Shown piece after piece: positions 12,124-21,900 of a DNA stretch of 64,000 nucleotides. The notes beneath the pieces are model-generated. The model had not been told where the DNA came from. It worked only from the letters and a program-made list of their open reading frames with translations, and ran no database searches. Positions within the stretch are counted from its first letter, which is position 1, and each line of letters begins with the position of its first letter. The position numbers and the translations under genes are program-made. This DNA is from Candidatus Latescibacterota bacterium (GTDB taxonomy: Bacteria > Latescibacterota > UBA2968 > UBA8231): NCBI GenBank assembly GCA_965197905.1, contig CBDAOB010000005.1, positions 2,016,001-2,080,000 of the forward strand. The letters are read 5' to 3'.

Positions 12124-12889
12124 TTCGCTGTGCTGCCGCTTCCGACCCGCGAAGGAGAGAATATCCGAGGCCGAATCCAACGAGAATCAGACAAAGGCTG
12201 ATCAGCTGGGCCGCGGTCAGGATGCCGACCACCTTGGGATTGATGCGCACGAACTCGACGACGAACCGGGCGCCCCCCGCAAGAATCAGATAGAGACAGA
12301 ACGAAACGCCCGGCGTTGTGATGCGTACGCGAGTAGACCACAACAACGAAAAGATACCAAGACCCATTAGAGTTTCATAGACCGGCGCCGGATGAACCAG
12401 CTCCAGGGTGGGCACGACCCCGTTGGGATAAGCCATCGCCCATGGTAGATCCGTCGGGCCGCCGTAGTCCCCGTCCCCCGCCAATTGGCACCCAATGCGA
12501 CCGACGGCATACGCCAGCGCTAGGGCGATTCCGATCGCATCCGCGACCGGCGCAATCGGCACCCCTCGGCGACGGATGATGGCGATAGCTGTTATCGCGG
12601 CAACGGCAAATCCCCCGTAGAAGGTCACGCCGCTGCCGGAAAAGAGCACGTCGAGGGTTTGTCGCCAGGTGTAGTCCGAGGGGGTCTCGAATAGAACGAA
12701 ATAGATCTTGGCCCCGACCAGGCCGCCTATCATTGCTCCGGTTATGAGCGACTCCGCCAACTCGGGCTCAAGCTCTTTGCGGCGAAATTCTGCTTTTAGA
12801 ACGAGGAGCGCCGACAAAAAAGCGAGGGCCACCATAACCCCGAAACTGCCAATGGTGACCGGCCCGATCTCCGCGAGGTAGGGATACAT
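12116..12889 (-). CDS. lgt: Prolipoprotein diacylglyceryl transferase
   Basis: [43 protein letters not shown] and RF.VEF.R. Confidence 0.9.
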   Translation of the reverse strand: MYPYLAEIGPVTIGSFGVMVALAFLSALLVLKAEFRRKELEPELAESLITGAMIGGLVGAKIYFVLFETPSDYTWRQTLDVLFSGSGVTFYGGFAVAAITAIAIIRRRGVPIAPVADAIGIALALAYAVGRIGCQLAGDGDYGGPTDLPWAMAYPNGVVPTLELVHPAPVYETLMGLGIFSLLWSTRVRITTPGVSFCLYLILAGGARFVVEFVRINPKVVGILTAAQLISLCLILVGFGLGYSLLRGSEAAAQRNA

Positions 12890-12895
12890 ACGATG

Positions 12896-14560
12896 TCAGC
12901 CGGCAGGCGTTGCCTCTGCCGATTCGTCCGCGAGGAGAGGATCAGTGCCGTTCCCCTCCTTCAACACGTGCTTTCTGAGCCCGGGAAGGTGAATCTCTTT
13001 GTAATACTGCTCCCAGCGAATGCATCTCACGTCCATGTTGAAGTGCTGTTGCTCCTGGGCCGGAAGCGATTCGAAAAGCGCAAGGAGCGATTTGGTTTCG
13101 AAACGACAGTCCAGAAAGGTGTACGGGCTGAAGAGGTTTGTGTAATACAGAACCCGCTCCAGGCGTTTTTTCTGCGCGTTCAGACGACGCCTGACGCGGT
13201 TTGATGTCGGCCCGCTTGGCAATCGGTCAATCAACCACTGCCCCACAGCCACCGGAAACTGGTATTTCACAAACATCTTTCTGCTGAATCGGCGTCGGCT
13301 AGGCAAGGTCAGCGGTTTCAGCACCGGCACCTTGCCCTTCTTGTTGTGCATGGGATGATCGAGAAAGTACTCCCGTACATAGGAGAACATGGTGGCGTTT
13401 AGGAGTGGATTCTCGCCGCTGGTTGCTACCTGATAGACGCGGACCTGGTCAGCCGTCGCCTGGGTAGCCGACCCGACCACGGCATTGACGACGATATCGA
13501 CGGGAATCATGTCCAGAGCAGAATCGGGACTCGCCGGGAAATCGGGCAAAACTCCCTTGCCGTAGGCGACTACTAGTGGATCGCCCACCTTTAATCCGCT
13601 TATCCACCCGGGTTCTGGGTCTTCCAGGCTGCTTTCGATAATGCTGGGCCGGACGATTACAACCGGAATGGAGTCGCGCTTCTTTACCAACATCTGTTCA
13701 CCCATCGCCTTGGTAAAGGTGTAGATGTCGTTCCAGCCGTAGGCTTTCGCCCGACGCATTCCTTCGCCCACCAGCCGATCGTGAATCCAACGTTGAGCTT
13801 TGCCCTCGATAAGCTTTTCACGTCTTGAATCGCTGACCTTACGCGCGCCGTTCTGCTGTAGCACCTCCCGCTCGAATACCTTTCGTATCGGCGCTGAAGA
13901 GGCTTCCCGGCGAACCCCGACACAGAAATCGAAACAGGTCTTGATTTCGGCCTCCGGATCAAAGGTGTCTGCATTGGAATTGGCCTTGAGTTGAGCAATC
14001 GTGCGGTCCAACGGCAACGGCTCTTCAGGGATGCTTCCGGTGAGACAGCCGTTGACGTAGGCGGTCGAGACGTGCACGAGCACGGGATCCTTCCGGCATC
14101 CATGGATGAACTCAAGGATGCGCTGCGGCCCCAGGGTATTCAATTCGATGGAGAGATCTAGGGGCGCATCGAACTCCACTGTCGCCGCCACGTTTAACAC
14201 GAGATCGACATCGGATTGAAGATCGGCGTAGAGGCTGTCGTCGATACCAAGTCGATGCTGGGAGATATCCCCCTGCACCGCCACAACCTTCGCTCGTACC
14301 CGCTGATACTCCTCGGGCTCCGAGCGTTTGAATCCCTCCAACACGCTAGAATTGAAGAATTCCTCTTCGAGGCGCTCGGTCGCCGACAAGGTAGCACCAC
14401 CGCGGCCCTTCTTGGACCTTACCAGGACGTAGAGACGCCGCACCTGGGACAGGTCGCGCAGAATCTTGGAAGCGATCGCCTGGCCCAGGAAACCGGTAAC
14501 CCCGGTTAGCAGGATGGTGCGATTCTGGTAGAATTCGGTTATCACGTTACAATCTAGCAC
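12896..14560 (-). CDS. Fatty acyl-CoA reductase (NAD_binding_4 + Sterile domains)
   Basis: TGVTGFLG, HVSTAYV, GWNDIYTFTKAMGEQ (YxxxK), RPSIIES...EPGW, D.IPVD.VVNA and FNMDVR.I.W..Y...H.PGL. Confidence 0.9.
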   Translation of the reverse strand: MLDCNVITEFYQNRTILLTGVTGFLGQAIASKILRDLSQVRRLYVLVRSKKGRGGATLSATERLEEEFFNSSVLEGFKRSEPEEYQRVRAKVVAVQGDISQHRLGIDDSLYADLQSDVDLVLNVAATVEFDAPLDLSIELNTLGPQRILEFIHGCRKDPVLVHVSTAYVNGCLTGSIPEEPLPLDRTIAQLKANSNADTFDPEAEIKTCFDFCVGVRREASSAPIRKVFEREVLQQNGARKVSDSRREKLIEGKAQRWIHDRLVGEGMRRAKAYGWNDIYTFTKAMGEQMLVKKRDSIPVVIVRPSIIESSLEDPEPGWISGLKVGDPLVVAYGKGVLPDFPASPDSALDMIPVDIVVNAVVGSATQATADQVRVYQVATSGENPLLNATMFSYVREYFLDHPMHNKKGKVPVLKPLTLPSRRRFSRKMFVKYQFPVAVGQWLIDRLPSGPTSNRVRRRLNAQKKRLERVLYYTNLFSPYTFLDCRFETKSLLALFESLPAQEQQHFNMDVRCIRWEQYYKEIHLPGLRKHVLKEGNGTDPLLADESAEATPAG

Positions 14561-15049
14561 TGGAGAGCCCCTGTTGCATCATCTGGCAACAGGGGCTCCT
14601 CGGCGAATTCAAACAACGCCTAAGGTGTCGTTTAGATTGGACTTAAAGATAGTTGCGCTAGGCTTCAGCCACAAGGTGATGCCAGAGACTCCGACTCATT
14701 GTTTTCGGCCTCCGATCCTGATTCAGCCGCGTTTGGCTCCGCCGACAACCCCTGGTAGGTGATGTACGGATGGGGCCAAGAGGCTTTGATTTCGGCGCGA
14801 AGATCCGCTGCCTCGCGGCTGACCGGCGACCTTCGCTTTTCGGAATTCCCGCTCATGTCGACAAAGATAGGAGGTGGGGGCGGGCACAGCAATTCCGTTG
14901 GCGCTGGTTGCCCCACTTGCATACGTCGTAGATCGCCGGCAATGGCGGCAACTGACGCCCAGGACGGCATTTACTTGATCCTGAACGGCGTATTGGCCAT
15001 ATTCCAAATCTCGAATCACGTCCCCTAACTCCTGCTCATACCAGACCTC

Positions 15050-16018
15050 ATGGCTACGAAAGCACAGAGAGTACGCTTAGCTCTCTTTTTTGTCGTTTCC
15101 GGAGGTGTGCTTGCCCTATTCCTCATAGTCGTTGGAGGGGCACACCTGTTGGAAGAGCGGGAAAAATACCTAGTCGAGTTCGCCGGCATCTCCGTCGGTG
15201 GTCTGCGCAAAGGGTCGAAGGTAAAATACCAGGGCATCGACGTTGGACGCGTCGAGAGGACCTACATATCTGCCGTGGATCTGACCACGGTCGTGGTCGA
15301 GATAACGGTCGAGGTCGACAAGGTACCCAGCGTCATCAGAGTGGACACGGAGGCCAGCCTGCATTCTCAGGGAATAACCGGGATCAAGTATATCGAGCTC
15401 ATCGCCGGAACCCCGGACGCGGCGCTGCTACCGCCGGGTTCCAGAATTCGGGCGAGCGACTCATTCCTGGCCAATCTGGAAGAGCGGGCGGATCTGCTTA
15501 CCCAGAAGGTTGAGCATACCCTCAACAACGTCATCCAGCTGACGGGCGGGGAAAATCGTCGGCATTTCTCGCGTTTTCTGTCCAACGGTGGTGATTTCAT
15601 GTCAACCGCCAACCAGCTGGCCACGGAGAATCGCGAGTCGCTCAACAGGACCTTCGAGAATCTCGCCGCAATGACCGAATCCCTGGCCAGCGCGACCTTA
15701 ACCTTTGCCGCCACCATGGAAGCGGTTCACGGATTGGTAGCCGGTGAAGGGCTCGCGGCGGCGGCCACCGATCTTCAGGTGAGCGCACGTCAGCTCCGCC
15801 TCCAGATGGAAGGGCCGGTACCACAGCTGATAACGAATCTCAACGAGACCGTGAAGCAGGCGAATCTGGCTTTCTCCCACGTCGACCGCACAGTGGTGCA
15901 AAGCCGCTCGAATATTCTTCGCGCCATGCAGGACCTGGAGGAAACCCTGCAGAACATCCGCCAGACGACGGAGGTGATTCGCGAGAATCCTTCCGTGCTC
16001 ATTCGGGGTAAGCAGTGA
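15050..16018 (+). CDS. MCE/MlaD family protein with helical C-terminal extension
   Basis: N-terminal TM, VGGL..GS.VKYQGIDVG.V, GITG.KYIEL, and C-terminal I.ENPS.LI.G. Confidence 0.9.
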   Translation: MATKAQRVRLALFFVVSGGVLALFLIVVGGAHLLEEREKYLVEFAGISVGGLRKGSKVKYQGIDVGRVERTYISAVDLTTVVVEITVEVDKVPSVIRVDTEASLHSQGITGIKYIELIAGTPDAALLPPGSRIRASDSFLANLEERADLLTQKVEHTLNNVIQLTGGENRRHFSRFLSNGGDFMSTANQLATENRESLNRTFENLAAMTESLASATLTFAATMEAVHGLVAGEGLAAAATDLQVSARQLRLQMEGPVPQLITNLNETVKQANLAFSHVDRTVVQSRSNILRAMQDLEETLQNIRQTTEVIRENPSVLIRGKQ

Positions 16019-16809
16019 AGATGGCGAAATCGACGGATCGGCCTCGGATTCGACGCTGTGTGGCGTTGGTCTCGCTTCTGGCCTTGCTGGGGATTGGTTG
16101 CACCCAGCTGATCGGAGGCAAGGCAGAGATCCGGCAGAATCGGCTCTATCTGATCGAGGCGAAGACGATCAGGAGCTTTCTCGAAGGCTCGGAAAGACCC
16201 TACCCCCTGGTGGTCGAAATCGAGACGTTCAGCGTAGCCCGCGCGTACAACCGGAACGAGATCATCTTTCGTCGGAACGAACTGGAGATCCAGCTGGACA
16301 AGGGCCATACCTGGGCGGTGCGCCCCGCGGACATGATCACCGACGCGGTGGGGCAGTATCTGAAAGACTCCAATCTGTTCTCGCTGGTCGGACGCGATTT
16401 CATCGAACAGGAAGCGGACTTCACCTTGAGCGGCACGGTGAAAACCATCGAACGTTACGACAGTGGCGACATCTGGTTCGCACGATTGGCAATCTCCATG
16501 CGCCTGGTGAGACGTTCCGACTCGAGGGTAATTTGGCGCAAGGACTTCGACGAGGAACGCCAGGTCTACAACGCCGATATGACCTTCACCATTGAAGCCA
16601 TGCGCGAGATTCTCCGGCAGCAGATGGAGATCACGATCAAAGAAATCGATCTGGCCTTCCTGAACCAGAGACGGCAGAAGGAAGGTCGTCCGCTTATCGA
16701 GCTTTCCGCCTTCGCAAACGGACGTCCCGTCAAAACTCTCAACGACACCCTAGACATCGTCGACGAGCCGGTACACTTCGAGCTCATTCCCGGCAAACGA
16801 GTGGAATAA
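16015..16809 (+). CDS. PqiC-like ABC-transport auxiliary lipoprotein
   Basis: Lipobox LGIG-C; Y...IIFR...W...P.DM pattern; follows the MCE gene. Confidence 0.8.
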   Translation: MKMAKSTDRPRIRRCVALVSLLALLGIGCTQLIGGKAEIRQNRLYLIEAKTIRSFLEGSERPYPLVVEIETFSVARAYNRNEIIFRRNELEIQLDKGHTWAVRPADMITDAVGQYLKDSNLFSLVGRDFIEQEADFTLSGTVKTIERYDSGDIWFARLAISMRLVRRSDSRVIWRKDFDEERQVYNADMTFTIEAMREILRQQMEITIKEIDLAFLNQRRQKEGRPLIELSAFANGRPVKTLNDTLDIVDEPVHFELIPGKRVE

Positions 16810-16811
16810 CC

Positions 16812-18323
16812 ATGGTCAACCGCCTGACTATCTCCTCGTTGATCTTGTTGTTCGCTACCCTTCTGCCCCTCGGGGCTGACGAGGGCACCTGGATTGCCCC
16901 CCCATCCCGCGGTCAGCTCGAAAGGGATACGACCCTGATGCCCAAAGGGAAGGGGTTTCTGTTTGTACCGTACATGACGAGCCCGCTGACCGAGCCGAAT
17001 TACCTGGTGTATCAAGAGGGCAAAAAGATCGCAGAAGAGAAGATGGGCTTGGGCGTGCTTTTGTCGCCGGGCGAGTACGATATCCTGGTCGGATCCGGTC
17101 CAATTCCGCAGATGATGAGCACCCAGGTGAGAGTCGTGGAGGGATTCACCTCCCTGCTCAAGTCCTTCTGGGGCGGTCTGATCATCGAGGTTATTGACCA
17201 GAACCGAACCTCCATAAACGAGTCGTACGAGCTCTTCGGAGTGAGCAGCCAGGAAAACTACGGCATTGGATTCGGGATAGAGGAGGAGCGCGGCGAGGCA
17301 GTGCGCACCTGGTTGCTCCCCGCCGGCACCTACGAAGTCGTTCGCGTTGGTGACAACATCTCTACCACCCGAAAGTTCAGCGTGCGTTTGGAGCCGGGTG
17401 AGCTCGTTCAACGCAACCTGGTGGTGGACGAAGACAACTTCGTCGGCTTCTACCCGCCCAGCCTGCAACTGCGTACCGATCGCTCGAAATCAGCGTGGAA
17501 AAGCGCCGTTGAGTTGAGTGGATCAACCCTGTTCAACACTACCCAGAACACAGCGGGTGAGGATCGGTCCAGCGTTTCGTTTTCGGGTCAGGTTCTGACC
17601 AGCAGCCGCTACCTGTCAGAGCGGCACCTGGCGTTGCTTCGAGTTATCCTGGAGGAGGGCCTCACCAAAGAGGGCAACGACGACTTCCGCAAGTCCATCG
17701 ACGAGCTGGAGGTACGCGGCACATACATATACCGGCTTTCACAACGCCTGGGACCGTATCTCCGCGGCGTCGTGAACACCAAGGTTTTTGCCACCGACGT
17801 GCGCTACGACCAGCCCGCAACCCTACATCTGGTAAATACAGAGGGCGATACGACGAGCACCCTGACCGAGATATCCGATTTTACCTTGTCGAAATCGCTA
17901 ACGCCCATGCGATTGCGCCAGGGCATGGGCATCAACTCCGACCTGTATCAGAGCTTTCCATTGAACGTCGATGTTCGCATCGGCTTGGGTGCGCGCCAGA
18001 CCTCTTACCCCTCCGACGCATACGACCTGCGCGCCGATCGCGGCAGCGCACAGCTCCTGAAGAGTGCCTCCAGCACCGGATTGGAGGCTGTCATCGTGAT
18101 GGACGCTCGTTTGAGCACGAATCTAAGCCTGGACGCTGAATTCGAGATTCTCATGCCGTCTGCCACGACCAGCTCGTGGGAATTCACTTGGGAAAACCGC
18201 CTGCGGGTAAATCTCTCGCGCTATATCAATATGGATATCGTGTTGGATTTCGCCCGTGAAAAACCGCTCAAGCGAATTCAGTCCCGGCAGCAGGTGCTGC
18301 TGCGTTTCGTTTGGCTGCTCTAA
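16812..18323 (+). CDS. Secreted protein with probable C-terminal outer-membrane beta-barrel (DUF3078/DUF481-like)
   Basis: Signal peptide; alternating beta-strand pattern in the C-terminal half (RKSIDELEVRGTYIY, WEFTWENRLRV); ends LRFVWLL. Confidence 0.55.
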   Translation: MVNRLTISSLILLFATLLPLGADEGTWIAPPSRGQLERDTTLMPKGKGFLFVPYMTSPLTEPNYLVYQEGKKIAEEKMGLGVLLSPGEYDILVGSGPIPQMMSTQVRVVEGFTSLLKSFWGGLIIEVIDQNRTSINESYELFGVSSQENYGIGFGIEEERGEAVRTWLLPAGTYEVVRVGDNISTTRKFSVRLEPGELVQRNLVVDEDNFVGFYPPSLQLRTDRSKSAWKSAVELSGSTLFNTTQNTAGEDRSSVSFSGQVLTSSRYLSERHLALLRVILEEGLTKEGNDDFRKSIDELEVRGTYIYRLSQRLGPYLRGVVNTKVFATDVRYDQPATLHLVNTEGDTTSTLTEISDFTLSKSLTPMRLRQGMGINSDLYQSFPLNVDVRIGLGARQTSYPSDAYDLRADRGSAQLLKSASSTGLEAVIVMDARLSTNLSLDAEFEILMPSATTSSWEFTWENRLRVNLSRYINMDIVLDFAREKPLKRIQSRQQVLLRFVWLL

Positions 18324-18351
18324 GAGCCGGTGGTGAAAGGGCACGAGCTCA

Positions 18352-19446
18352 ATGAATCAGGTTCTCTGCGACGGGTCGGGCATTAGGCTCCTGGGGAATC
18401 TGGATCTCGACACCGTGGGATCCGTCGAACGGCGGCTCACCGAACTCTTCCAGACCACCCCCCACAACACCTTCAACGCCGATGTCAGCGAACTGACCGG
18501 GCTGGATACGGCGGGCGCCGTCTTCCTGCAGCGACTTCCGGATTTGGCGGGTCGATGCGGGAAACAGATCGTGCTCACAGAGTTGCCGGACCAGCTGCGG
18601 GGGTTCTTCGAATTCATGCGGACCCCGGAGCGGCCGGCAACCGTGGAAGCTGTCCAACCAGAGTTCCTCGAACGGCTGGGGGAACGGTTGGAAAAGACAT
18701 TCCAGCGCGTGGCGGTGTTTCTCTACCTGATGACCGACCTCACCTGGTCGGCCGCCACGGGCCTGGTCAGGAAGTCCGGCGTTCGCCGTGGCAGCTTCGT
18801 CGAGCAAGGTTGGGCGATCGGCTCACAGGGGTTACCGATTATCGCCCTGATACTCTTTCTCGTGGGGGCGGTGTCTGCTCTGCAAGCGGCGGCGCAACTA
18901 CGCAAGTTCGGGGCCAACATCTTCGTAGCCGACCTCCTCGCCATCGGCGTTTGCCGCGAGCTCGGCCCGCTGATGACTGCCATCATCGTTTCCGGCCGCA
19001 GCGGTTCCGCCATCGCCGCCGAGGTCGCGACCATGAAGTTCACTGAGGAACTGGATGCCCTGCAGACCATGGCGCTGGACCCTCTACGATTTGTTGCAGT
19101 GCCGAAGCTCTGGGCGATGCTCATCTGCGTGCCCCTGCTGACCATCATGGCGAACCTGGCCGGCATCATGGGCGGCACCCTCGTCGGGGTGACCTACCTC
19201 GAAGTCGCTATGGGAGCTTTTGTCAATCAGATAGTCGAAGCGCTCGTTCTCAAGGACATTCTCACAGGGTTGGTAAAAAGCGTCTCATTCGCCTGGATGA
19301 TAACGATCATCGCCGTCTACCGGGGTTTGGCCTTCAGCGGCGGCGCGGCGGGTGTGGGAAACGCCACCACGTCCGCGGTAGTCTCTTCCATCTTTGGCAT
19401 AATCATACTCGACTCCTTCTGGGGTCTGCTGTTCTACATGCGATGA
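18352..19446 (+). CDS. MlaE-family ABC permease with N-terminal STAS domain
   Basis: LDTAG STAS motif; RELGPLMTAIIVSGRSGSAIAAE and EELDAL..M. Confidence 0.92.
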   Translation: MNQVLCDGSGIRLLGNLDLDTVGSVERRLTELFQTTPHNTFNADVSELTGLDTAGAVFLQRLPDLAGRCGKQIVLTELPDQLRGFFEFMRTPERPATVEAVQPEFLERLGERLEKTFQRVAVFLYLMTDLTWSAATGLVRKSGVRRGSFVEQGWAIGSQGLPIIALILFLVGAVSALQAAAQLRKFGANIFVADLLAIGVCRELGPLMTAIIVSGRSGSAIAAEVATMKFTEELDALQTMALDPLRFVAVPKLWAMLICVPLLTIMANLAGIMGGTLVGVTYLEVAMGAFVNQIVEALVLKDILTGLVKSVSFAWMITIIAVYRGLAFSGGAAGVGNATTSAVVSSIFGIIILDSFWGLLFYMR

Positions 19447-20177
19447 AACCGGCCATCGATGTCGCCGACCTGAAGGTCAGCTACGGCGAGCAAACGATCC
19501 TGGACGGGATTACCATGCAGGTGGCCCCGGGCGACGTTGCCATTGTTCTTGGCGGTAGCGGTTGCGGTAAGAGCACCCTGTTAAAGACGATCATCGGACT
19601 GGTCGAACCGGTCTCCGGGAAGGTGTCGTTGTTCGGCGAGGTTCGGCAGGAGGAGGGGCCCCCTCCCTCTCTCAAACGGGTGGGCGTCATGTTTCAGTAC
19701 GGGGCCCTGCTCAACTCGATTACCGTTGGCGAAAACGTGGCACTGCCGCTGGAGATGCATTCCGACTTGAGCGGCGCACTGATCGAGGAGGTGGTGCGCA
19801 CACGCCTGCATCTCGTAGGGTTGGATCACGCGTACGCACTTTTTCCAAACGAGCTGTCGGGAGGCATGCGAAAGCGGGCCGCTCTGGCGCGCGCGATGGC
19901 GCTGGATCCGGAGATCCTGTTTTGCGACGAGCCGGGCGCCGGCCTAGACCCACTTACCGCCGCCGAGATAGACAACTTGCTCTTGACCTTGAACGGCAGC
20001 CTTGGGACGACTCTGGTCATCGTGACCCACGAGCTGCTGAGCATCGAACGCATGAACGGGAAGCTGATCATGCTGGATGCCGGCCGGGTCGTTTTTACCG
20101 GATCGGTGGCGGAGGCGAAGGTGTCGGAGCTGCCTGCCGTTTCTCGCTTTTTCCATCCGGGCGCAGCGCGCTCTTGA
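19443..20177 (+). CDS. MlaF/Mkl-family ABC ATPase
   Basis: GGSGCGKS, FQYGALL, ELSGGMRKR, DEPGAGLDP and VTHE. Confidence 0.93.
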   Translation: MKPAIDVADLKVSYGEQTILDGITMQVAPGDVAIVLGGSGCGKSTLLKTIIGLVEPVSGKVSLFGEVRQEEGPPPSLKRVGVMFQYGALLNSITVGENVALPLEMHSDLSGALIEEVVRTRLHLVGLDHAYALFPNELSGGMRKRAALARAMALDPEILFCDEPGAGLDPLTAAEIDNLLLTLNGSLGTTLVIVTHELLSIERMNGKLIMLDAGRVVFTGSVAEAKVSELPAVSRFFHPGAARS

Positions 20178-20677
20178 AAACCGTAATCATCGTCGCCCTT
20201 GCCGCCAACGGGGTCATCGGCAAGGATGGAGATCTGGTTCAACGCCATCCCGCCGATCTGCGCCATTTCATCCGCACCACCAAGGGGTATCCGTTTGTTG
20301 CGGGTCGCAAGACCTTCGAATCCTTTAAGAAGATCCCCCTGCCCGAACGCGAGAATATGGTTCTCACAAGGGATCGCGAATATGACGTTCCCGATGGGGT
20401 CCGAGTTGTGCACTCCTTCGATGACGCGCTTGAGCACTGCATTCGCGGCGGGGCGGAAAAGATGTTTGTGCTGGGCGGTGGCGAGGTGTATCGCATCGCC
20501 CTTCCCCTGACCGACGAGATGATCATTACCCACTTCCCCGAGCCAGCGGAAGGAGACACCTTCTTCCCCGAATGGAAAGCCAACGAGTGGGACGTCGTTG
20601 ACACTCGTCGAGAAGAGGGTCTAACTTTTGCGGTCTACCGGCGCAACGCCGGGCAGCCAACGAGGAGCAAATGCTAG
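20174..20677 (+). CDS. folA: Dihydrofolate reductase
   Basis: IVA.A.NGVIG, ADL.HF...T, GRKTFES, PLP.R.N.VLTR, GGGEVY and GDTFFP. TTG start overlaps the mlaF stop. Confidence 0.9.
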   Translation: MKTVIIVALAANGVIGKDGDLVQRHPADLRHFIRTTKGYPFVAGRKTFESFKKIPLPERENMVLTRDREYDVPDGVRVVHSFDDALEHCIRGGAEKMFVLGGGEVYRIALPLTDEMIITHFPEPAEGDTFFPEWKANEWDVVDTRREEGLTFAVYRRNAGQPTRSKC

Positions 20678-21867
20678 AAACCCTGAACAAGGCCCCGCCT
20701 GACCCGATCATCGGCTTGACGGAGGCATTCGGCAAGGATCCCAATCCGGAGAAGATCAACCTCGGGGTGGGCGTGTACAAGGACGAACACGGCAACACTC
20801 CGGTTTTTGCGACCGTTCGCGAAACCCAGGAGCGGTTGCTGCAAGCCGAAAAGACCAAAAACTACACGCCCATCGAAGGCACCGGGGAATTCTCCCGTGC
20901 CGTTCAGGGTCTCCTCTTTGGTGAAGACCACGAAATTATTGGCACCTCCAGGGCGGCGACCGTGCAGTCTCCCGGTGGAACGGGGGCGCTGCGCATAGCC
21001 GCCGATTTCGTTCACAAGCTCTTTCCCGGAACCCGGGTGTGGATTAGTGACCCCTCTTGGGCGAATCACCCGAAGGTGTTCGAAGCGGCGGGGATCAAGG
21101 TAGGCACCTACGCGTATTTCGACGACACGCGCAACGAGCTCGACCTCGACGCCATGCTGGCTTCGCTCAATGAGCTTTCTGCGGGCGAAGTCGTGCTGCT
21201 GCACGGCTGCTGCCACAACCCCACCGGAGTAGATCCCGACCCCGAGGAATGGAAGCGGATCGGCGATGTGGTGCAGGATCGAGGATTGATTCCGCTGGTG
21301 GATTTCGCCTACCAGGGCATGGGGGACGGGATCGACGCGGACGGAGTTGGGCTTCGTGAGCTTTGTCGTCCCGGTGTCGAGCTCTTCGTCGCCAGCTCCT
21401 TTTCGAAGAACTTCGGACTCTACAACGAACGCGTCGGCGCCTTGACCATCATTGGCGGTAGTGCGGAGGCAGCGGCAGCCGCATTGAGCCACGCCAAGAT
21501 CTGTATTCGGACCAACTACTCCAATCCGCCGGCGCACGGGGCGGCCCTGGTGACGGCGATTCTTGCGGACGCCGACCGGCGAATGAGGTGGGAAGGCGAG
21601 GTTGCCGGCATGCGGGACCGCATTGTGGAGATGCGATCGCTATTCGTTGAAACCCTCAAGAAGAAGGGTATCGAGCGCGATTTCTCGTTCATCGCCAGAC
21701 AACGGGGCATGTTTTCATTTTCCGGGTTGACCGGCGCCCAGGTCGATGCCCTGCGCGGCAGATATTCGATCTACGTGGTGTCGTCGGGCCGCATCAACGT
21801 TGCCGGTATGACCCATGACAATATGGATCACCTTTGCGAAGCCATCGCGGAGGTTCTGATCGGTTGA
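20671..21867 (+). CDS. aspC: Aspartate/aromatic amino acid aminotransferase (class I)
   Basis: PDPI.GL, NLGVGVYKD, HGCCHNPTG, DFAYQG, SFSKNFGLYNERVG, YSNPP and GRIN. Confidence 0.93.
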   Translation: MLETLNKAPPDPIIGLTEAFGKDPNPEKINLGVGVYKDEHGNTPVFATVRETQERLLQAEKTKNYTPIEGTGEFSRAVQGLLFGEDHEIIGTSRAATVQSPGGTGALRIAADFVHKLFPGTRVWISDPSWANHPKVFEAAGIKVGTYAYFDDTRNELDLDAMLASLNELSAGEVVLLHGCCHNPTGVDPDPEEWKRIGDVVQDRGLIPLVDFAYQGMGDGIDADGVGLRELCRPGVELFVASSFSKNFGLYNERVGALTIIGGSAEAAAAALSHAKICIRTNYSNPPAHGAALVTAILADADRRMRWEGEVAGMRDRIVEMRSLFVETLKKKGIERDFSFIARQRGMFSFSGLTGAQVDALRGRYSIYVVSSGRINVAGMTHDNMDHLCEAIAEVLIG

Positions 21868-21900
21868 GGCGTGGAGGTGCCTGCCGCTGGCGGAACGCAC

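Noticed and set aside
14665..15028. Short ORFs between FAR and the MCE operon
   Set aside because: Several overlapping 60-100 aa frames with no motif or clear RBS; I cannot choose one, although a small protein (MSGNSEKRR...) is not excluded.
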